This document shows positions 27,708-38,508 of a DNA stretch of 64,000 nt, piece by piece (within the stretch, counting starts at the first letter, position 1; the number at the start of each line of letters is the position of its first letter). This DNA is from Flavobacterium sp. (GTDB lineage: Bacteria; Bacteroidota; Bacteroidia; Flavobacteriales; Flavobacteriaceae), in assembly GCF_031537875.1 (NCBI RefSeq), contig NZ_JAVKNB010000011.1:51329-115328 (forward strand). Direction: 5' to 3'. A program made the position numbers and the translations under genes. Under the pieces are notes generated by a model. That model was not told where the DNA came from, did not search any database, and saw only the letters and a list, made by a program, of their open reading frames with translations.

Positions 27708-27719
27708 TGAAACAAATTT

Positions 27720-29159
27720 TTAAAATTCCGCACTACCTGGCGTTCTTGGGAAAGGAATTACGTCACGAATATTCGTCATACCCGTTACAAATAATACCAA
27801 ACGCTCAAATCCAAGTCCGAAACCAGAGTGTACCGCAGAACCAAATCGGCGGGTATCTAAATACCACCATAATTCTTCCTCGTCAATACCCAATGCTTTC
27901 ATTTTTTCGACCAAGACATCGTAGCGTTCCTCTCTCTGCGAACCTCCTACAATTTCTCCAATACCTGGGAAAAGGATATCCATGGCGCGAACGGTTTTTC
28001 CGTCTTCGTTCAAACGCATGTAAAATGCTTTGATATTGGCAGGGTAATCAAATAAGATTACCGGACATTTAAAGTGTTTTTCTACCAAATAACGCTCGTG
28101 TTCTGATTGTAAATCAGCACCCCATTCGTCAATGATATAACTGAATTTTTTCTTTTTATTAGGAGTAGATTCTCTCAAAATTTCGATTGCTTCCGTGTAA
28201 GAAACACGTTTGAAATTATTTTCCAAAACAAAGTTTAACTTGTCTAACAAAGCCATTTCGCTACGTTCGGCTTGTGGTTTTTGTTTTTCTTCGTCTAGTA
28301 AACGACTTTCTAAAAATTTCAAATCGTCTGGACATTTATCCATCGTGTATTTGATTACATACTGAATGAAATCTTCCGCCAAATCCATGTTGTCATCCAA
28401 ATCATTGAACGCCACTTCAGGTTCAATCATCCAGAATTCAGCCAAGTGGCGAGACGTATTCGAGTTTTCAGCTCTAAAAGTAGGTCCGAAAGTATAAATT
28501 TGCCCCAAAGCCATCGCAAAGGTTTCGCCTTCTAGTTGTCCTGAAACGGTAAGGTTGGTTTCTTTACCAAAAAAATCTTTTTTGTAATCTACTTTTCCTT
28601 CTTCGGTTCTTGGCGTATTGTCAAATGGCAAAGCTGTTACTTTGAACATTTCTCCAGCTCCTTCTGCATCTGATCCAGTTATGATTGGTGTATTTACGTA
28701 CACAAATCCTTTTTCTTGAAAATAGGTATGAACGGCATGCGCCAAAACAGAACGCACACGCATAATGGCTCCAAAAGCGTTAGTTCGTACTCTCAAATGC
28801 GCATTTTCACGCAAGAATTCCAAAGAGTGTTTCTTTGGTTGCATTGGAAATTTTTCCGCATCGGAGTCGCCTAAAATCTCTAATTTTGATACTTGAATTT
28901 CGTATTTCTGTCCAGCGCCTTTGCTTTCTACCAAACTTCCTATAACCGAAACAGAAGCTCCTGTTGTGATTCTTTTCAAGGTTTCTTCAGGAGTATTTTC
29001 AAAATCAACTACACATTGAATATTGTTGATAGTCGAACCATCGTTCAACGCAATAAATTGATTGTTTCTAAAAGTTCTTACCCATCCTTTTGCATTTACT
29101 TCTTGAAGTGTCGAGGTACTGTTTAGTAAGTCTTTAACTTTTGTATGTTTCATTTTCAT
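27720..29159 (-). CDS. asnS: Asparagine--tRNA ligase
   Basis: OB anticodon-binding N-domain plus class II core motifs ([28 protein letters not shown]). Confidence 0.93.
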   Translation of the reverse strand: MKMKHTKVKDLLNSTSTLQEVNAKGWVRTFRNNQFIALNDGSTINNIQCVVDFENTPEETLKRITTGASVSVIGSLVESKGAGQKYEIQVSKLEILGDSDAEKFPMQPKKHSLEFLRENAHLRVRTNAFGAIMRVRSVLAHAVHTYFQEKGFVYVNTPIITGSDAEGAGEMFKVTALPFDNTPRTEEGKVDYKKDFFGKETNLTVSGQLEGETFAMALGQIYTFGPTFRAENSNTSRHLAEFWMIEPEVAFNDLDDNMDLAEDFIQYVIKYTMDKCPDDLKFLESRLLDEEKQKPQAERSEMALLDKLNFVLENNFKRVSYTEAIEILRESTPNKKKKFSYIIDEWGADLQSEHERYLVEKHFKCPVILFDYPANIKAFYMRLNEDGKTVRAMDILFPGIGEIVGGSQREERYDVLVEKMKALGIDEEELWWYLDTRRFGSAVHSGFGLGFERLVLFVTGMTNIRDVIPFPRTPGSAEF

Positions 29160-29212
29160 TTTAAATTTTAAGTATACAATTTACAAAATCAAGATTTTAT
29201 CTTGTTTCTGAA

Positions 29213-31588
29213 TTACAAATTAATGGAATTATCTGCGTTTATTTCTTCTTTCGACGCCTTTTTTTTCTCGAAGGTCAATACTAATGCGGGTAATACTAAT
29301 AGGTTAGCAAACATCGCAAATAATAAGGTGCAAGAGATTAAACCTCCTAGTGCAATGGTACCGCTGAAGCTTGAAAGTGTAAAAATAGCAAATCCAAATA
29401 TTAACACAATCGAAGTATAAAAAGTACTAATTCCTGTTTCTCTCAAAGCACTGAAAACTGATTTTTTTATTTTTCCGTTGTTCTGAATCAAATCGTGGCG
29501 GTATTTTGCCATAAACTGAATGGCATTATCTACTGAAATTCCGAATGCGATACTAAATACCAAAATGGTAGATGGTTTTAATGGAATTCCGAAATACCCC
29601 ATCAGTCCGGAAGTAATGCAAAGAGGCAATACATTGGTGATAACAGATGCCATTACCATTTTTCCAGAACGGAATAGATAAGCCATCAATCCAGCAATCA
29701 TAACAATGGCAAAAATAAGCGACTCAATCAAATTGTCAATCAAATATGAGGTTCCTTTTTGGAAAACCAACGCTTTTCCGGTTAAGGTTACTTCATAGCG
29801 TTCTTTTGGGAAAACAGCTTCTATTTTCTCACGCAATTTACCTTCTACTTTTGCCATTTCTTCGGTGCCAATGTCTTTCATAAAAGTAGTAATTCGGGCA
29901 TATTGTCCTGTAGAATCTACATAGCTTTTCATCAAGTTTTCCTTGGTGTTTTTGGTTGCATTTTTTGCATACGACAAAATGAAAGTTTGTTCTTGAGCTG
30001 TAGGTAAATCAAAATACTCAGGATTCCCATTGTAATAGGCTTGCTTAGAATATTTAACCAAGTTTACAACTGAAATAGGTTTAGATAATTCTGGAATTTC
30101 AGCAATTGTCTCCTGTAATTCATTCATTTTTTTCATGGTAGATAATTTCATAACACCCTTTTTACGCTTGGTGTTAATCATAATCTCCAAAGGCATTACG
30201 CCGTTAAATTCTTTTTCGAAAAATACAATGTCTTTGAAAAAGGAAGCGCTTTTAGGCATTTCGCCAATTAAACTTCCTGAAACTTTCATTTGTGAAACCC
30301 CAACAATACTGAATATTAGTAAGAGTACATAAATAATGTAAATCCTTTTTCGTCTGAATTTCACAATATTTTCTACCCAATCCAATAAGAAAGAAATGTA
30401 GTTTTTGCTCAAGTGGTATAAGTGTTTTTCTTTTGGCAGCGGCATAAAACTATACACAATAGGAACCACAACTAAGGTGAGTAAATACACCGAAATTACA
30501 TTGATAGATGTCACTAATCCAAATTCAAAAAGCAATTCATTTCCGGTAATCATAAAGGTAGCAAAACCTGCTGCAGTGGTTAAATTGGTCATCAAAGTTG
30601 AAACCCCAATTTTTGAAATTACCCGTTGCAAAGCTTTGGCTTGGTTGTGGTGAATTTTAATTTCCTGCTGGTATTTGTTAATCAAGAAAATACAATTGGT
30701 GATTCCAATAACAATAATCAGCGGCGGAATAATAGCCGTTAAAATCGTGATTTTGTAATGAAATAATCCGAGGGTGCCAAAAGACCACATTACTCCAAAA
30801 AGCAAAATACAAATGGATATAAAAGTGGCTCTGAAAGAGCGAAAAAACAAAAAGAAAATCAACGAAGTGATTAACAGCGCTGCGCCAATGAAAAGCCCGA
30901 TTTCGCCTTTCATATTTTCGGCATTGATAGTTCGGATGTACGGCATACCTGACACACGAAGGTCAATCCCAGTCGCTTTTTCGAATCGGTTGATTTTTGG
31001 CACTAGGTTTTCTAGAATGAATGTCTTTCTTGCTGCAGTATTGACAATTTTCTTATTAAGATAGATGGCTGAACGAATACTACCTGATTGTTTGTTGAAT
31101 AACAATCCTTCATAAAAAGGCAGTTTGTTAAATAATTCGTTTTTTATTTGTTCCAAATAACCAGCATTATTAGTTTGACTATCGTCGATGAGTGGTACTA
31201 GTTGAAATTTTTCTTCTACTTCGTTTTTTTGTAGTTTTTTTAAATCATTTAGAGAAACCACCAATTCTACTTCTTTCGAATTTTTTAAACCAGTCATTAA
31301 TTCGTTCCAAGCTTGAAATGCTTTAGGTGTAAAAAAGCGATTGTCTTTAAAACCGATGACAATTAAGTTGCCTTCTTCGCCAAATTTATCTAGAAATGCA
31401 TCGTATTGTTGATTGACAATATGGTCTTTAGGGAGTAGATTGGCTTCGTTGTAGGTCATGCCTAAATTTTTCCATTGTAAGGATAGAAAAATGGTTAAGG
31501 CAAGAATACTTATTAAAATTGCAATTCTATTTTTAAGCACAATTCGGGCCACTAATTCCCAAAATCCTACTTTTATTCTCTTTTTCAT
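29213..31588 (-). CDS. MMPL/RND-superfamily membrane transporter (two 6-TM bundles, two large periplasmic loops)
   Basis: 791 aa from ATG 31588 (MKKRIKVGFWELVARIVLKNR), with a duplicated SSD-like TM topology. The track start at 31681 adds an implausible 31-aa extension. Confidence 0.8.
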   Translation of the reverse strand: MKKRIKVGFWELVARIVLKNRIAILISILALTIFLSLQWKNLGMTYNEANLLPKDHIVNQQYDAFLDKFGEEGNLIVIGFKDNRFFTPKAFQAWNELMTGLKNSKEVELVVSLNDLKKLQKNEVEEKFQLVPLIDDSQTNNAGYLEQIKNELFNKLPFYEGLLFNKQSGSIRSAIYLNKKIVNTAARKTFILENLVPKINRFEKATGIDLRVSGMPYIRTINAENMKGEIGLFIGAALLITSLIFFLFFRSFRATFISICILLFGVMWSFGTLGLFHYKITILTAIIPPLIIVIGITNCIFLINKYQQEIKIHHNQAKALQRVISKIGVSTLMTNLTTAAGFATFMITGNELLFEFGLVTSINVISVYLLTLVVVPIVYSFMPLPKEKHLYHLSKNYISFLLDWVENIVKFRRKRIYIIYVLLLIFSIVGVSQMKVSGSLIGEMPKSASFFKDIVFFEKEFNGVMPLEIMINTKRKKGVMKLSTMKKMNELQETIAEIPELSKPISVVNLVKYSKQAYYNGNPEYFDLPTAQEQTFILSYAKNATKNTKENLMKSYVDSTGQYARITTFMKDIGTEEMAKVEGKLREKIEAVFPKERYEVTLTGKALVFQKGTSYLIDNLIESLIFAIVMIAGLMAYLFRSGKMVMASVITNVLPLCITSGLMGYFGIPLKPSTILVFSIAFGISVDNAIQFMAKYRHDLIQNNGKIKKSVFSALRETGISTFYTSIVLIFGFAIFTLSSFSGTIALGGLISCTLLFAMFANLLVLPALVLTFEKKKASKEEINADNSINL

Positions 31589-31787
31589 AATTGTTTTAAA
31601 AATGCACGCAAAGGTAATGAAAACCACTATAAAACATAAGGTTTCAAATAAACTTTTTGTCTTTTGAGAAGATATATACAAGCGGTTTTTTTAATTTTAC
31701 AATAAGATAATTTATGAGATATAAATTATATATTTGATTTCCTCATTTTTGCTTTATTAAAACGAGGAAATTCATACGATAAAGAAT

Positions 31788-34058
31788 ATGAAAAATTATA
31801 AAAATGCTGCATTCTATATAGCTGTAACAGGTGGGTTTACTGCACTGATGCTATGGATTATCAGAGAGGGAAAGCATCTTGAAATCAACAAAACTATCTT
31901 AAGTTCTGTGGTTGAGAATGGTTCTTGGAATGATTTTTTGGAATCTATGCAGCACAATTTGCAAGATCCTTTAGCGATTCTTTTGGCTCAAATTGTAACT
32001 ATTATTGTTGTCGCTCGATTTTTTGGCTGGGTTTTTAAAAAAATTGGACAACCTACCGTTATTGGAGAAATCATAGCAGGAATTGTTTTAGGACCTTCGT
32101 TACTTGGAATGTACTTCCCTGAATTTTCATCAACTTTATTTCCTGTTGAATCTTTAGGAAATTTAAAATTCTTGAGTCAGATTGGGTTAATACTCTTCAT
32201 GTTCGTAATTGGTATGGAATTGGACTTGAAAGTGCTCAAAAACAAAGCAAATGAAGCAGTTGTAATTAGTCACGCAAGTATTGTTATTCCATTTACCTTA
32301 GGGATTGGACTAGCTTATTTTGTTTACAATCGCTTTGCTCCCGAAGGAGTCAAGTTTCTTTCGTTTAGTTTGTTTATGGGTATCGCCATGAGTATTACAG
32401 CATTTCCGGTATTGGCTCGAATTGTTCAGGAGCGCGGACTAAATAAAACAAAATTGGGAGCAATAGCCATTACTTGTGCTGCTGCCGATGACATTACTGC
32501 TTGGAGTTTATTGGCGGTTGTAATTGCCATTGTTAAAGCAGATAACTTTGTAAGTTCTTTATATATCATTGGACTAGCAGCTTTATATGTTTTGGCAATG
32601 TTGTTCATAGTGAAACCTTTTTTAAAGCGAATAGGGGAGTTGTATGGGACAAAAGATACTTTGGTAAAACCAGTTGTGGCGATCTTTTTCCTTACTTTGA
32701 TTATTTCGTCGTATGCCACTGAAGTAATTGGTATTCATGCTTTATTTGGAGCATTTATGACTGGCGCGATTATGCCAGATGTGCCTAAATTCAGAACTAT
32801 ATTTATTGAAAAAGTAGAAGATGTTTCTTTGATTCTTTTATTGCCTTTATTCTTTGTCTTTACGGGTTTAAAAACTGAAATAGGATTGATTAACGATCCG
32901 TATTTATGGAAAGTAACAGGGTTTATTATCTTGGTAGCTGTAATTGGAAAGTTTTTAGGAAGTGCTTTGGCGGCCAAATTTGTAGGGCAAACATGGTCGG
33001 ATAGTTTTACTATTGGGGCTTTGATGAATACTAGAGGGCTAATGGAATTGATTGTACTAAACATAGGTTTGGAACTGAAAGTTTTGACGCCAGAAGTATT
33101 TACGATGATGGTAATTATGGCATTGGTCACTACTTTTATGACAGGCCCCGCTTTAGATTTGATCAATTTTATATTTAAAAATAAAGAAGCTGTTGTTCCT
33201 GAAATTGTAGTCAATGAAAATAAATACAAGGTTTTAATTTCTTTTGGGAATAATGAAAAAGGCAGGTCATTGTTGCGTTTAGCCAATAGTTTGACTAAAA
33301 AACAGAAAAAATCGGCTTCAATTACGGCGATGCATTTGTATTTAAGTGATGAAATGCACACCTTCAACACAGAGGAAATTGAAAAAGATAGTTTTGTACC
33401 AATTTTAGAAGAATCTAAATCCTTGAATCAAGAAATTAATACGCTTTTCAAGGCTACGATGGATATCGAAACTGAAATTGCGGATGTAGCAAATCAAGGG
33501 GATTATGATTTATTATTGGTGGGTCTAGGAAAGTCAATTTTTGAAGGCACCATTTTAGGGAAGGTAATCGGATTTACTACCCGAATCATTAATCCCGACC
33601 GTTTAATCGATAAATTTACGGGTAAAGAAGGATTGTTTGAAAACTCTCCTTTCGATGAGAGAACGCGCCAAATTATATCCAAAACTAAAATGCCTTTGGG
33701 TATTTTGATTGACAAAGATTTACAAAGTGTGAACAGGGTGTTTATCCCAATATTTACTTCTGAAGATTCATTCTTGTTAGATTATGCTCAAAAATTAATT
33801 TACAACAACAATTCCAAAGTTGAAATACTGGATGTTAATGGCGATATCCATAACAATTTTGTGGTACAAAGTGCCTTGGAATCTTTGGAACAAAAATACC
33901 CGAACAACATTAATTTAATGGAAGACCGAATCGTAAAGAAAGAATTTTTAGCAAATCAAGACGTGATGATTATCAGTCTGGAGAGTTGGAAAGCCTTAGT
34001 CGATTCCAGAAGTGTTTGGTTGAGTGGAGTTCCTTCCGTTTTAATCTTAAAACCATAA
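31788..34058 (+). CDS. Cation:proton antiporter (CPA2 / Na_H_Exchanger family) with a ~300-aa cytoplasmic C-terminal extension
   Basis: The N-terminal ~430 aa are polytopic with the GEIIAGIVLGPS and LFFVFTGLK blocks of Kef/NapA-like antiporters. The C-terminal half is soluble. Confidence 0.85.
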   Translation: MKNYKNAAFYIAVTGGFTALMLWIIREGKHLEINKTILSSVVENGSWNDFLESMQHNLQDPLAILLAQIVTIIVVARFFGWVFKKIGQPTVIGEIIAGIVLGPSLLGMYFPEFSSTLFPVESLGNLKFLSQIGLILFMFVIGMELDLKVLKNKANEAVVISHASIVIPFTLGIGLAYFVYNRFAPEGVKFLSFSLFMGIAMSITAFPVLARIVQERGLNKTKLGAIAITCAAADDITAWSLLAVVIAIVKADNFVSSLYIIGLAALYVLAMLFIVKPFLKRIGELYGTKDTLVKPVVAIFFLTLIISSYATEVIGIHALFGAFMTGAIMPDVPKFRTIFIEKVEDVSLILLLPLFFVFTGLKTEIGLINDPYLWKVTGFIILVAVIGKFLGSALAAKFVGQTWSDSFTIGALMNTRGLMELIVLNIGLELKVLTPEVFTMMVIMALVTTFMTGPALDLINFIFKNKEAVVPEIVVNENKYKVLISFGNNEKGRSLLRLANSLTKKQKKSASITAMHLYLSDEMHTFNTEEIEKDSFVPILEESKSLNQEINTLFKATMDIETEIADVANQGDYDLLLVGLGKSIFEGTILGKVIGFTTRIINPDRLIDKFTGKEGLFENSPFDERTRQIISKTKMPLGILIDKDLQSVNRVFIPIFTSEDSFLLDYAQKLIYNNNSKVEILDVNGDIHNNFVVQSALESLEQKYPNNINLMEDRIVKKEFLANQDVMIISLESWKALVDSRSVWLSGVPSVLILKP

Positions 34059-34073
34059 GTATTTAAGCATAAT

Positions 34074-34103
34074 AAAAAATCCGCCTTTTAGGCGGATTTT
34101 TTA
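34074..34103. terminator. Bidirectional terminator between the antiporter gene and frr
   Basis: A6-ATCCGCC-TTTTA-GGCGGAT-T6. Confidence 0.8.
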
Positions 34104-34123
34104 TTATGTTATAATCAAAGAAA

Positions 34124-34687
34124 TTACACTTTCATGATTTCGGCTTCTTTTTCTACAAGAAGTTCGTCAATTTTTTTGATATATGCGTTAGTTAAGTTTT
34201 GAACGTCATCTTCGGCACTTTTACAAATGTCTTCAGAAGTCCCTTCTTTTTCTAATTTTTTAATATCTGTATTCGCGTCTTTACGCGCATTTCTAATTCC
34301 GATTTTAGCATCTTCAGCTTCAGCTTTGGCTTGTTTAGCTAACTCACGTCTTCTTTCCTCTGTCAAAGGTGGCACACTAATAATAACCACATCTCCATTG
34401 TTCATTGGGTTGAAACCTAAATTAGCAATCATGATTGCTTTTTCAATAGCTTGCAGCATGTTTTTTTCAAAAGGTTGCAAAGTGATTGTTCTAGCATCAG
34501 GCACGCTGATTTTTGACACTTGAGAAAGTGGCGTAGCCGAACCGTAATAGTCAACAAAAACACTTCCTAGCATAGCAGGAGACGCTTTCCCAGCACGGAT
34601 ATTTACAAATGATTTTTCTAAATGTGCAATAGAACCTTCCATAGATTCTTTGGTACTATCTAATATAAATTCAATTTCTTCAGTCAT
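34124..34687 (-). CDS. frr: Ribosome recycling factor
   Basis: 187 aa. Has the LQPFEKNMLQAIEKAI and PPLTEERRRELAK blocks. Confidence 0.95.
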   Translation of the reverse strand: MTEEIEFILDSTKESMEGSIAHLEKSFVNIRAGKASPAMLGSVFVDYYGSATPLSQVSKISVPDARTITLQPFEKNMLQAIEKAIMIANLGFNPMNNGDVVIISVPPLTEERRRELAKQAKAEAEDAKIGIRNARKDANTDIKKLEKEGTSEDICKSAEDDVQNLTNAYIKKIDELLVEKEAEIMKV

Positions 34688-34692
34688 TTTTC

Positions 34693-34726
34693 AGATTATT
34701 TAGATTGTTAGATTATTTAGATTGTT
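34693..34726. repeat. Perfect tandem duplication of a 17-bp unit (AGATTATTTAGATTGTT x2) 5 nt upstream of the frr start
   Basis: Read directly. Units are at 34693-34709 and 34710-34726, followed by a partial AG. On the coding strand this gives AATCT every 8-9 nt. Confidence 0.9.
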
Positions 34727-34772
34727 AGGACTTATTGTAGTCTAATAATCTAAGAAGTCTACTAGGTCTTTT

Positions 34773-35480
34773 TTAAATATTTACTACAGTTCCTATGTTT
34801 TCGCCTTCGCAAATTTTGATTAGGTTCCCTTCTTTGTTCATGTCAAAAACTACAATTGGTAATTTATTTTCTTGACTTAAAGTAAATGCAGTGGTATCCA
34901 TAACATTCAATCCTTTGCTCAAGACATCTTCAAAAGAAATATAATCAAATTTTACGGCAGAAGCATTTTTCTCTGGATCAGAATCGTATACTCCATCAAC
35001 ACGTGTTCCTTTTAGAATAACATCGGCGTTCACTTCAATTCCGCGAAGTACTGCAGCCGTGTCAGTTGTAAAATAGGGGTTTCCAGTTCCTGCACCAAAA
35101 ATTACAATTCGTCCTTTTTCAAGGTGACGTACCGCTCTTCTTTTGATATAAGGCTCTGCAATAGATTCCATTTTTAAGGCAGTTTGCAAACGTGTTTTCA
35201 TTCCTTTGTCTTCCAAAGCACCTTGCAATGCCATTCCATTAATAACCGTAGCTAACATCCCCATATAATCGCCTTGAACGCGATCCATTCCTGAACTCAC
35301 TCCTGCTACTCCTCTAAAAATGTTTCCACCACCTATTACAATAGCAATTTCAACTCCTTTATCATGAATTTGTTTGATTTCGTCAGCATATTCAGCTAAT
35401 CTTTTCGGGTCAATTCCGTAGTTTAGATTGCCCATTAAAGCTTCGCCACTTAATTTCAAAAGAATTCTGTTGTATTTCAT
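34773..35480 (-). CDS. pyrH: UMP kinase
   Basis: [20 protein letters not shown] and amino-acid-kinase fold blocks. A TATATTTG -7-like box lies on the - strand at 35510-35503. Confidence 0.95.
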   Translation of the reverse strand: MKYNRILLKLSGEALMGNLNYGIDPKRLAEYADEIKQIHDKGVEIAIVIGGGNIFRGVAGVSSGMDRVQGDYMGMLATVINGMALQGALEDKGMKTRLQTALKMESIAEPYIKRRAVRHLEKGRIVIFGAGTGNPYFTTDTAAVLRGIEVNADVILKGTRVDGVYDSDPEKNASAVKFDYISFEDVLSKGLNVMDTTAFTLSQENKLPIVVFDMNKEGNLIKICEGENIGTVVNI

Positions 35481-35620
35481 GATTTAGTTGAGTTATTTGG
35501 TGCAAATATAGTTATATTCTGTTTTTTTGAAATAGTGTTTAAAAAAAATAATTTTAATGGTTTTTTGTAAAATACCTTTGTTTATAAACTTTCGTATCGA
35601 GAAAATACAAAATGAAATTA

Positions 35621-36325
35621 TTATTTTGATTCAGGATGTAGAATAGTGTTCTCAAACTCCTCCAGAGTAAGTCCATTTTTCACATTGTAATCGCCAATTT
35701 TAGTTCGACGCAAAACGGTCAAATGCGAACCAGAATGCATGGCTTTCCCAAAATCGTAGGCAAGTGAACGAATATAAGTTCCTTTGCTACAAACCACTCT
35801 GAAATCAATTTCTGGCAAAGCGATTCGGGTGATTTCAAATTCGTAAATCGTAGTTTTTCTTGAAGCTATTTCCACTTCAACCCCTGCTCTTGCGTGTTCG
35901 TATAAGCGAATGCCTTCTTTTTTAATTGCCGAAAAAACAGGTGGTTTCTGATCAATTTCGCCTAAGAATTGCTGCACAGTTTGATGGATTAAAGTATCGT
36001 CAATATGAGTGATCGGGTAGGTTTGGTCAATTTCGGTTTCTAAATCATACGAAGGCGTAGTGGCTCCGATGAAAAAAGTCCCCGTATATTCTTTGGCTTG
36101 TGCCTGAATTTCGGTGATTTTCTTGGTGAATTTTCCAGTACAAATAATGAGCAAACCCGAAGCTAACGGATCTAAAGTTCCGGCATGACCAATTTTAAAT
36201 TTTTTAGGTAAATCAAAATTGCGTTTTAAAATGTATTTCAGTTTGTTCACTGCTTGAAAGGAAGACCAAGTCAGCGGCTTGTCAATCAAAAGAACTTGAC
36301 CATTTAAAAAATCATCTGCTTGCAT
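35621..36325 (-). CDS. truB: tRNA pseudouridine(55) synthase
   Basis: Catalytic block KIGHAGTLDPLASGLL. Confidence 0.93.
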   Translation of the reverse strand: MQADDFLNGQVLLIDKPLTWSSFQAVNKLKYILKRNFDLPKKFKIGHAGTLDPLASGLLIICTGKFTKKITEIQAQAKEYTGTFFIGATTPSYDLETEIDQTYPITHIDDTLIHQTVQQFLGEIDQKPPVFSAIKKEGIRLYEHARAGVEVEIASRKTTIYEFEITRIALPEIDFRVVCSKGTYIRSLAYDFGKAMHSGSHLTVLRRTKIGDYNVKNGLTLEEFENTILHPESK

Positions 36326-37110
36326 TAAATAATAGTCAAGGGATGAATAAAAAAGTGGATGAATAATAATACAATTCCAGCAATTATTCGGTAATATCCA
36401 AACAGTTTAAATCCTTTTCTACTTAAAAAACCGATAAAGGTTTTGATTGCTAAAAGGGCTACAATAAAAGCTATTATATTTCCGATGATTAGGAAGTTAA
36501 TTTGGTCGTGAGATAAGACAAAACCATCTTTATAGTAATCATAACATTTTTTAGCTGTTGCGCCTAACATGGTAGGAACGGCTAAAAAAAATGAAAACTC
36601 AGCTGCTGAAGTACGGGATAATTTTTGAGACATTCCCCCAACAATTGTTGCACCACTTCTGGATACTCCAGGAATCATAGCGATACATTGGAATAATCCA
36701 ATTTTTAGCGCTTTCAGATAAGTAACTTCTGTTTCTTGAGAAGTGTTGAACCAATCATCTACTTTTAACAATAGGATACCTCCAACTAATAATGAAATAG
36801 CTACTGTAACTGGATTTTCTAATAGTGCATCTATTTTTTTGCTGAAAAGCAAACCTAGAACCACAGCAGGAATAAAAGCAATAAGAAGTTTAAAATAAAA
36901 ATCAAAAGATTGAAAAAATCGCTTGAAATAAAGAACAACTACTGAAAGAATAGCCCCTAGTTGAATCACAATGGTGAAAAGTTTGGTGAATTCGTCGTGT
37001 TCAATCCCAAAGAATGATGAGGCAATAATCATGTGTCCTGTAGACGAAACAGGTAAAAATTCGGTAATTCCTTCAATTATAGCGAGTAGTATAGCTTGTA
37101 AAGTATTCAT
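36325..37110 (-). CDS. uppP: Undecaprenyl-diphosphate phosphatase (BacA/UppP)
   Basis: [14 protein letters not shown] and [10 protein letters not shown] signature motifs. 8-TM protein. Confidence 0.93.
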   Translation of the reverse strand: MNTLQAILLAIIEGITEFLPVSSTGHMIIASSFFGIEHDEFTKLFTIVIQLGAILSVVVLYFKRFFQSFDFYFKLLIAFIPAVVLGLLFSKKIDALLENPVTVAISLLVGGILLLKVDDWFNTSQETEVTYLKALKIGLFQCIAMIPGVSRSGATIVGGMSQKLSRTSAAEFSFFLAVPTMLGATAKKCYDYYKDGFVLSHDQINFLIIGNIIAFIVALLAIKTFIGFLSRKGFKLFGYYRIIAGIVLLFIHFFIHPLTII

Positions 37111-37356
37111 TTAGGCTTTTTTTGGATTTTTCAAAATAGCATAAATGGTGATTCCAAAACCAATTAAAACAGTAGTGGGTGCCAAACGAATGCGTCTGAA
37201 ACTAAAAACATCTTCATTGAATACATTAGGATCATCGCTTCCTCCTCCAGACATAAGAATAAATCCCAACGCAATTACGGCAATACCAATTAGTAAGATT
37301 TTATAATTTACTTTTTCGAAAAGAAATTCTTGTTTGTGTTCGCTATTGTTTTTCAT
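37111..37356 (-). CDS. DUF3098-like small two-TM membrane protein
   Basis: 81 aa with two hydrophobic helices. Sits in the conserved position between ftsX and uppP seen in Bacteroidota. Confidence 0.6.
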   Translation of the reverse strand: MKNNSEHKQEFLFEKVNYKILLIGIAVIALGFILMSGGGSDDPNVFNEDVFSFRRIRLAPTTVLIGFGITIYAILKNPKKA

Positions 37357-37434
37357 TATTGTTGAAAATTATATTTAGAAATGGTGATAGGATTTGGTTA
37401 ACTAAACAAATAATCCAATCAACAAATCCATTTT

Positions 37435-38310
37435 TTAATACAAATCGTCTGTTCGTAAATTCAAGAAACGTTGTGTTGCAAAATACGTACTCAACCAAGT
37501 AATCAACACTCCAATTCCAAATACCGAAATTAGAACTAATGCAATAAGTAATTGATCTTCCAGAAGTCCTAGGTCAGGGAAGTTGCTTTCTAAATAAATC
37601 AGCACGCCAATTAAGGCTAGTATAGCTAATCCCGCACCAATCATTCCAAGGCGTATACTACGCATCACAAATGGTTTTCTAATGAATGCTTTGGTAGCAC
37701 CTACCATTTGCATGGTTTTAATGATAAAGCGGTTAGAGTGAATCGATAAACGCAACGAACTATTGATAAGTAAAACGGCAATAACAGTCAAGAATCCGCT
37801 GATGATTAAAATCCACATGCTGACTTTTTTGATATTATCATTCACTAAATTCACTAATTGTTTGTCATAAACAATATCTGAAATCATAGGATTTCTTCGC
37901 AATTGGCTTTCCACTTTTGCAATACTGTCTTTGTAAACGTAGTCGGCTTTTAAGTGAATATCATAGGAATTTTGCAAAGGATTTTCACCAAGGAAAGTAA
38001 CAAAATCCTCTCCAATAATATCGGTATGTTGTTTAGCTGCAGCATCTTTAGAAACGTATTCGAAAGTTTTTGCAAACGGTGCTTTTTTTAATTCGGCATC
38101 AAAAGATTTGATGATGGTGTCATTGGCTTCATTTTTGAAAAATACCGTCATAGCAATATTTTCTCTGAAGTCATCGGCAAGTTTTTTAGAATTGATGATA
38201 AAAAGGCCTAACATTCCTAATAAAAACAGGACCAAGAAAACACTTAATACTACTGAAAAATAAGATGAAATTAAACGGCGTTTTTGAAATTTATCGTAAG
38301 AAGAACTCAT
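37435..38310 (-). CDS. ftsX: Cell division protein FtsX (permease-like)
   Basis: 291 aa: one N-terminal TM, a periplasmic domain and three C-terminal TMs with the MQMVGAT block. Confidence 0.85.
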   Translation of the reverse strand: MSSSYDKFQKRRLISSYFSVVLSVFLVLFLLGMLGLFIINSKKLADDFRENIAMTVFFKNEANDTIIKSFDAELKKAPFAKTFEYVSKDAAAKQHTDIIGEDFVTFLGENPLQNSYDIHLKADYVYKDSIAKVESQLRRNPMISDIVYDKQLVNLVNDNIKKVSMWILIISGFLTVIAVLLINSSLRLSIHSNRFIIKTMQMVGATKAFIRKPFVMRSIRLGMIGAGLAILALIGVLIYLESNFPDLGLLEDQLLIALVLISVFGIGVLITWLSTYFATQRFLNLRTDDLY

Positions 38311-38508
38311 AGTTTGTCAAAATTATGGGGTAAAAATAATAAAGAATTTCTTTATTTAAAGTTAATATCGTTCAAAGTTTTAACTTTCGTACAATAAACG
38401 TAAATTTGGCAGCTGAAATTGTAAAAGATCGTATATTATTTTACTTTTTCATGTATTCAGACAAATAATTTTCAGCCTACGAAAAGGCTACAACAAATAG
38501 AGCATACA

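Noticed and set aside
31729-31771. A TATATTTG box followed by the hairpin ATTTCCTC-N19-GAGGAAAT in the antiporter gene leader. I considered it as a cation-responsive riboswitch.
   Set aside because: It is far too small and simple for known K+/Na+/c-di-AMP/Mg2+ riboswitch classes, and I recognise no conserved motif. It may just be a 5' stem-loop.
32735-33370. A 211-aa ORF on the minus strand, entirely inside the cation:proton antiporter gene.
   Set aside because: It is antisense to a well-supported polytopic transporter gene. Its product is a low-complexity I/K/N/S/T-rich string with no motifs, which is typical of a shadow ORF in AT-rich DNA.
38401-38508. The ~100-nt leuS leader (TAAATTTG box at 38401-38408, a small hairpin AGCCT-ACGAAA-AGGCT, and possible CTGAAATT/AATTTTCAG long-range pairing). 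I considered it as a Leu-responsive leader or T-box.
   Set aside because: There is no T-box specifier/antiterminator architecture, no leader peptide with Leu codons and no terminator. No -33 TTG accompanies the -7 box, so even the TSS is uncertain. The evidence is insufficient.
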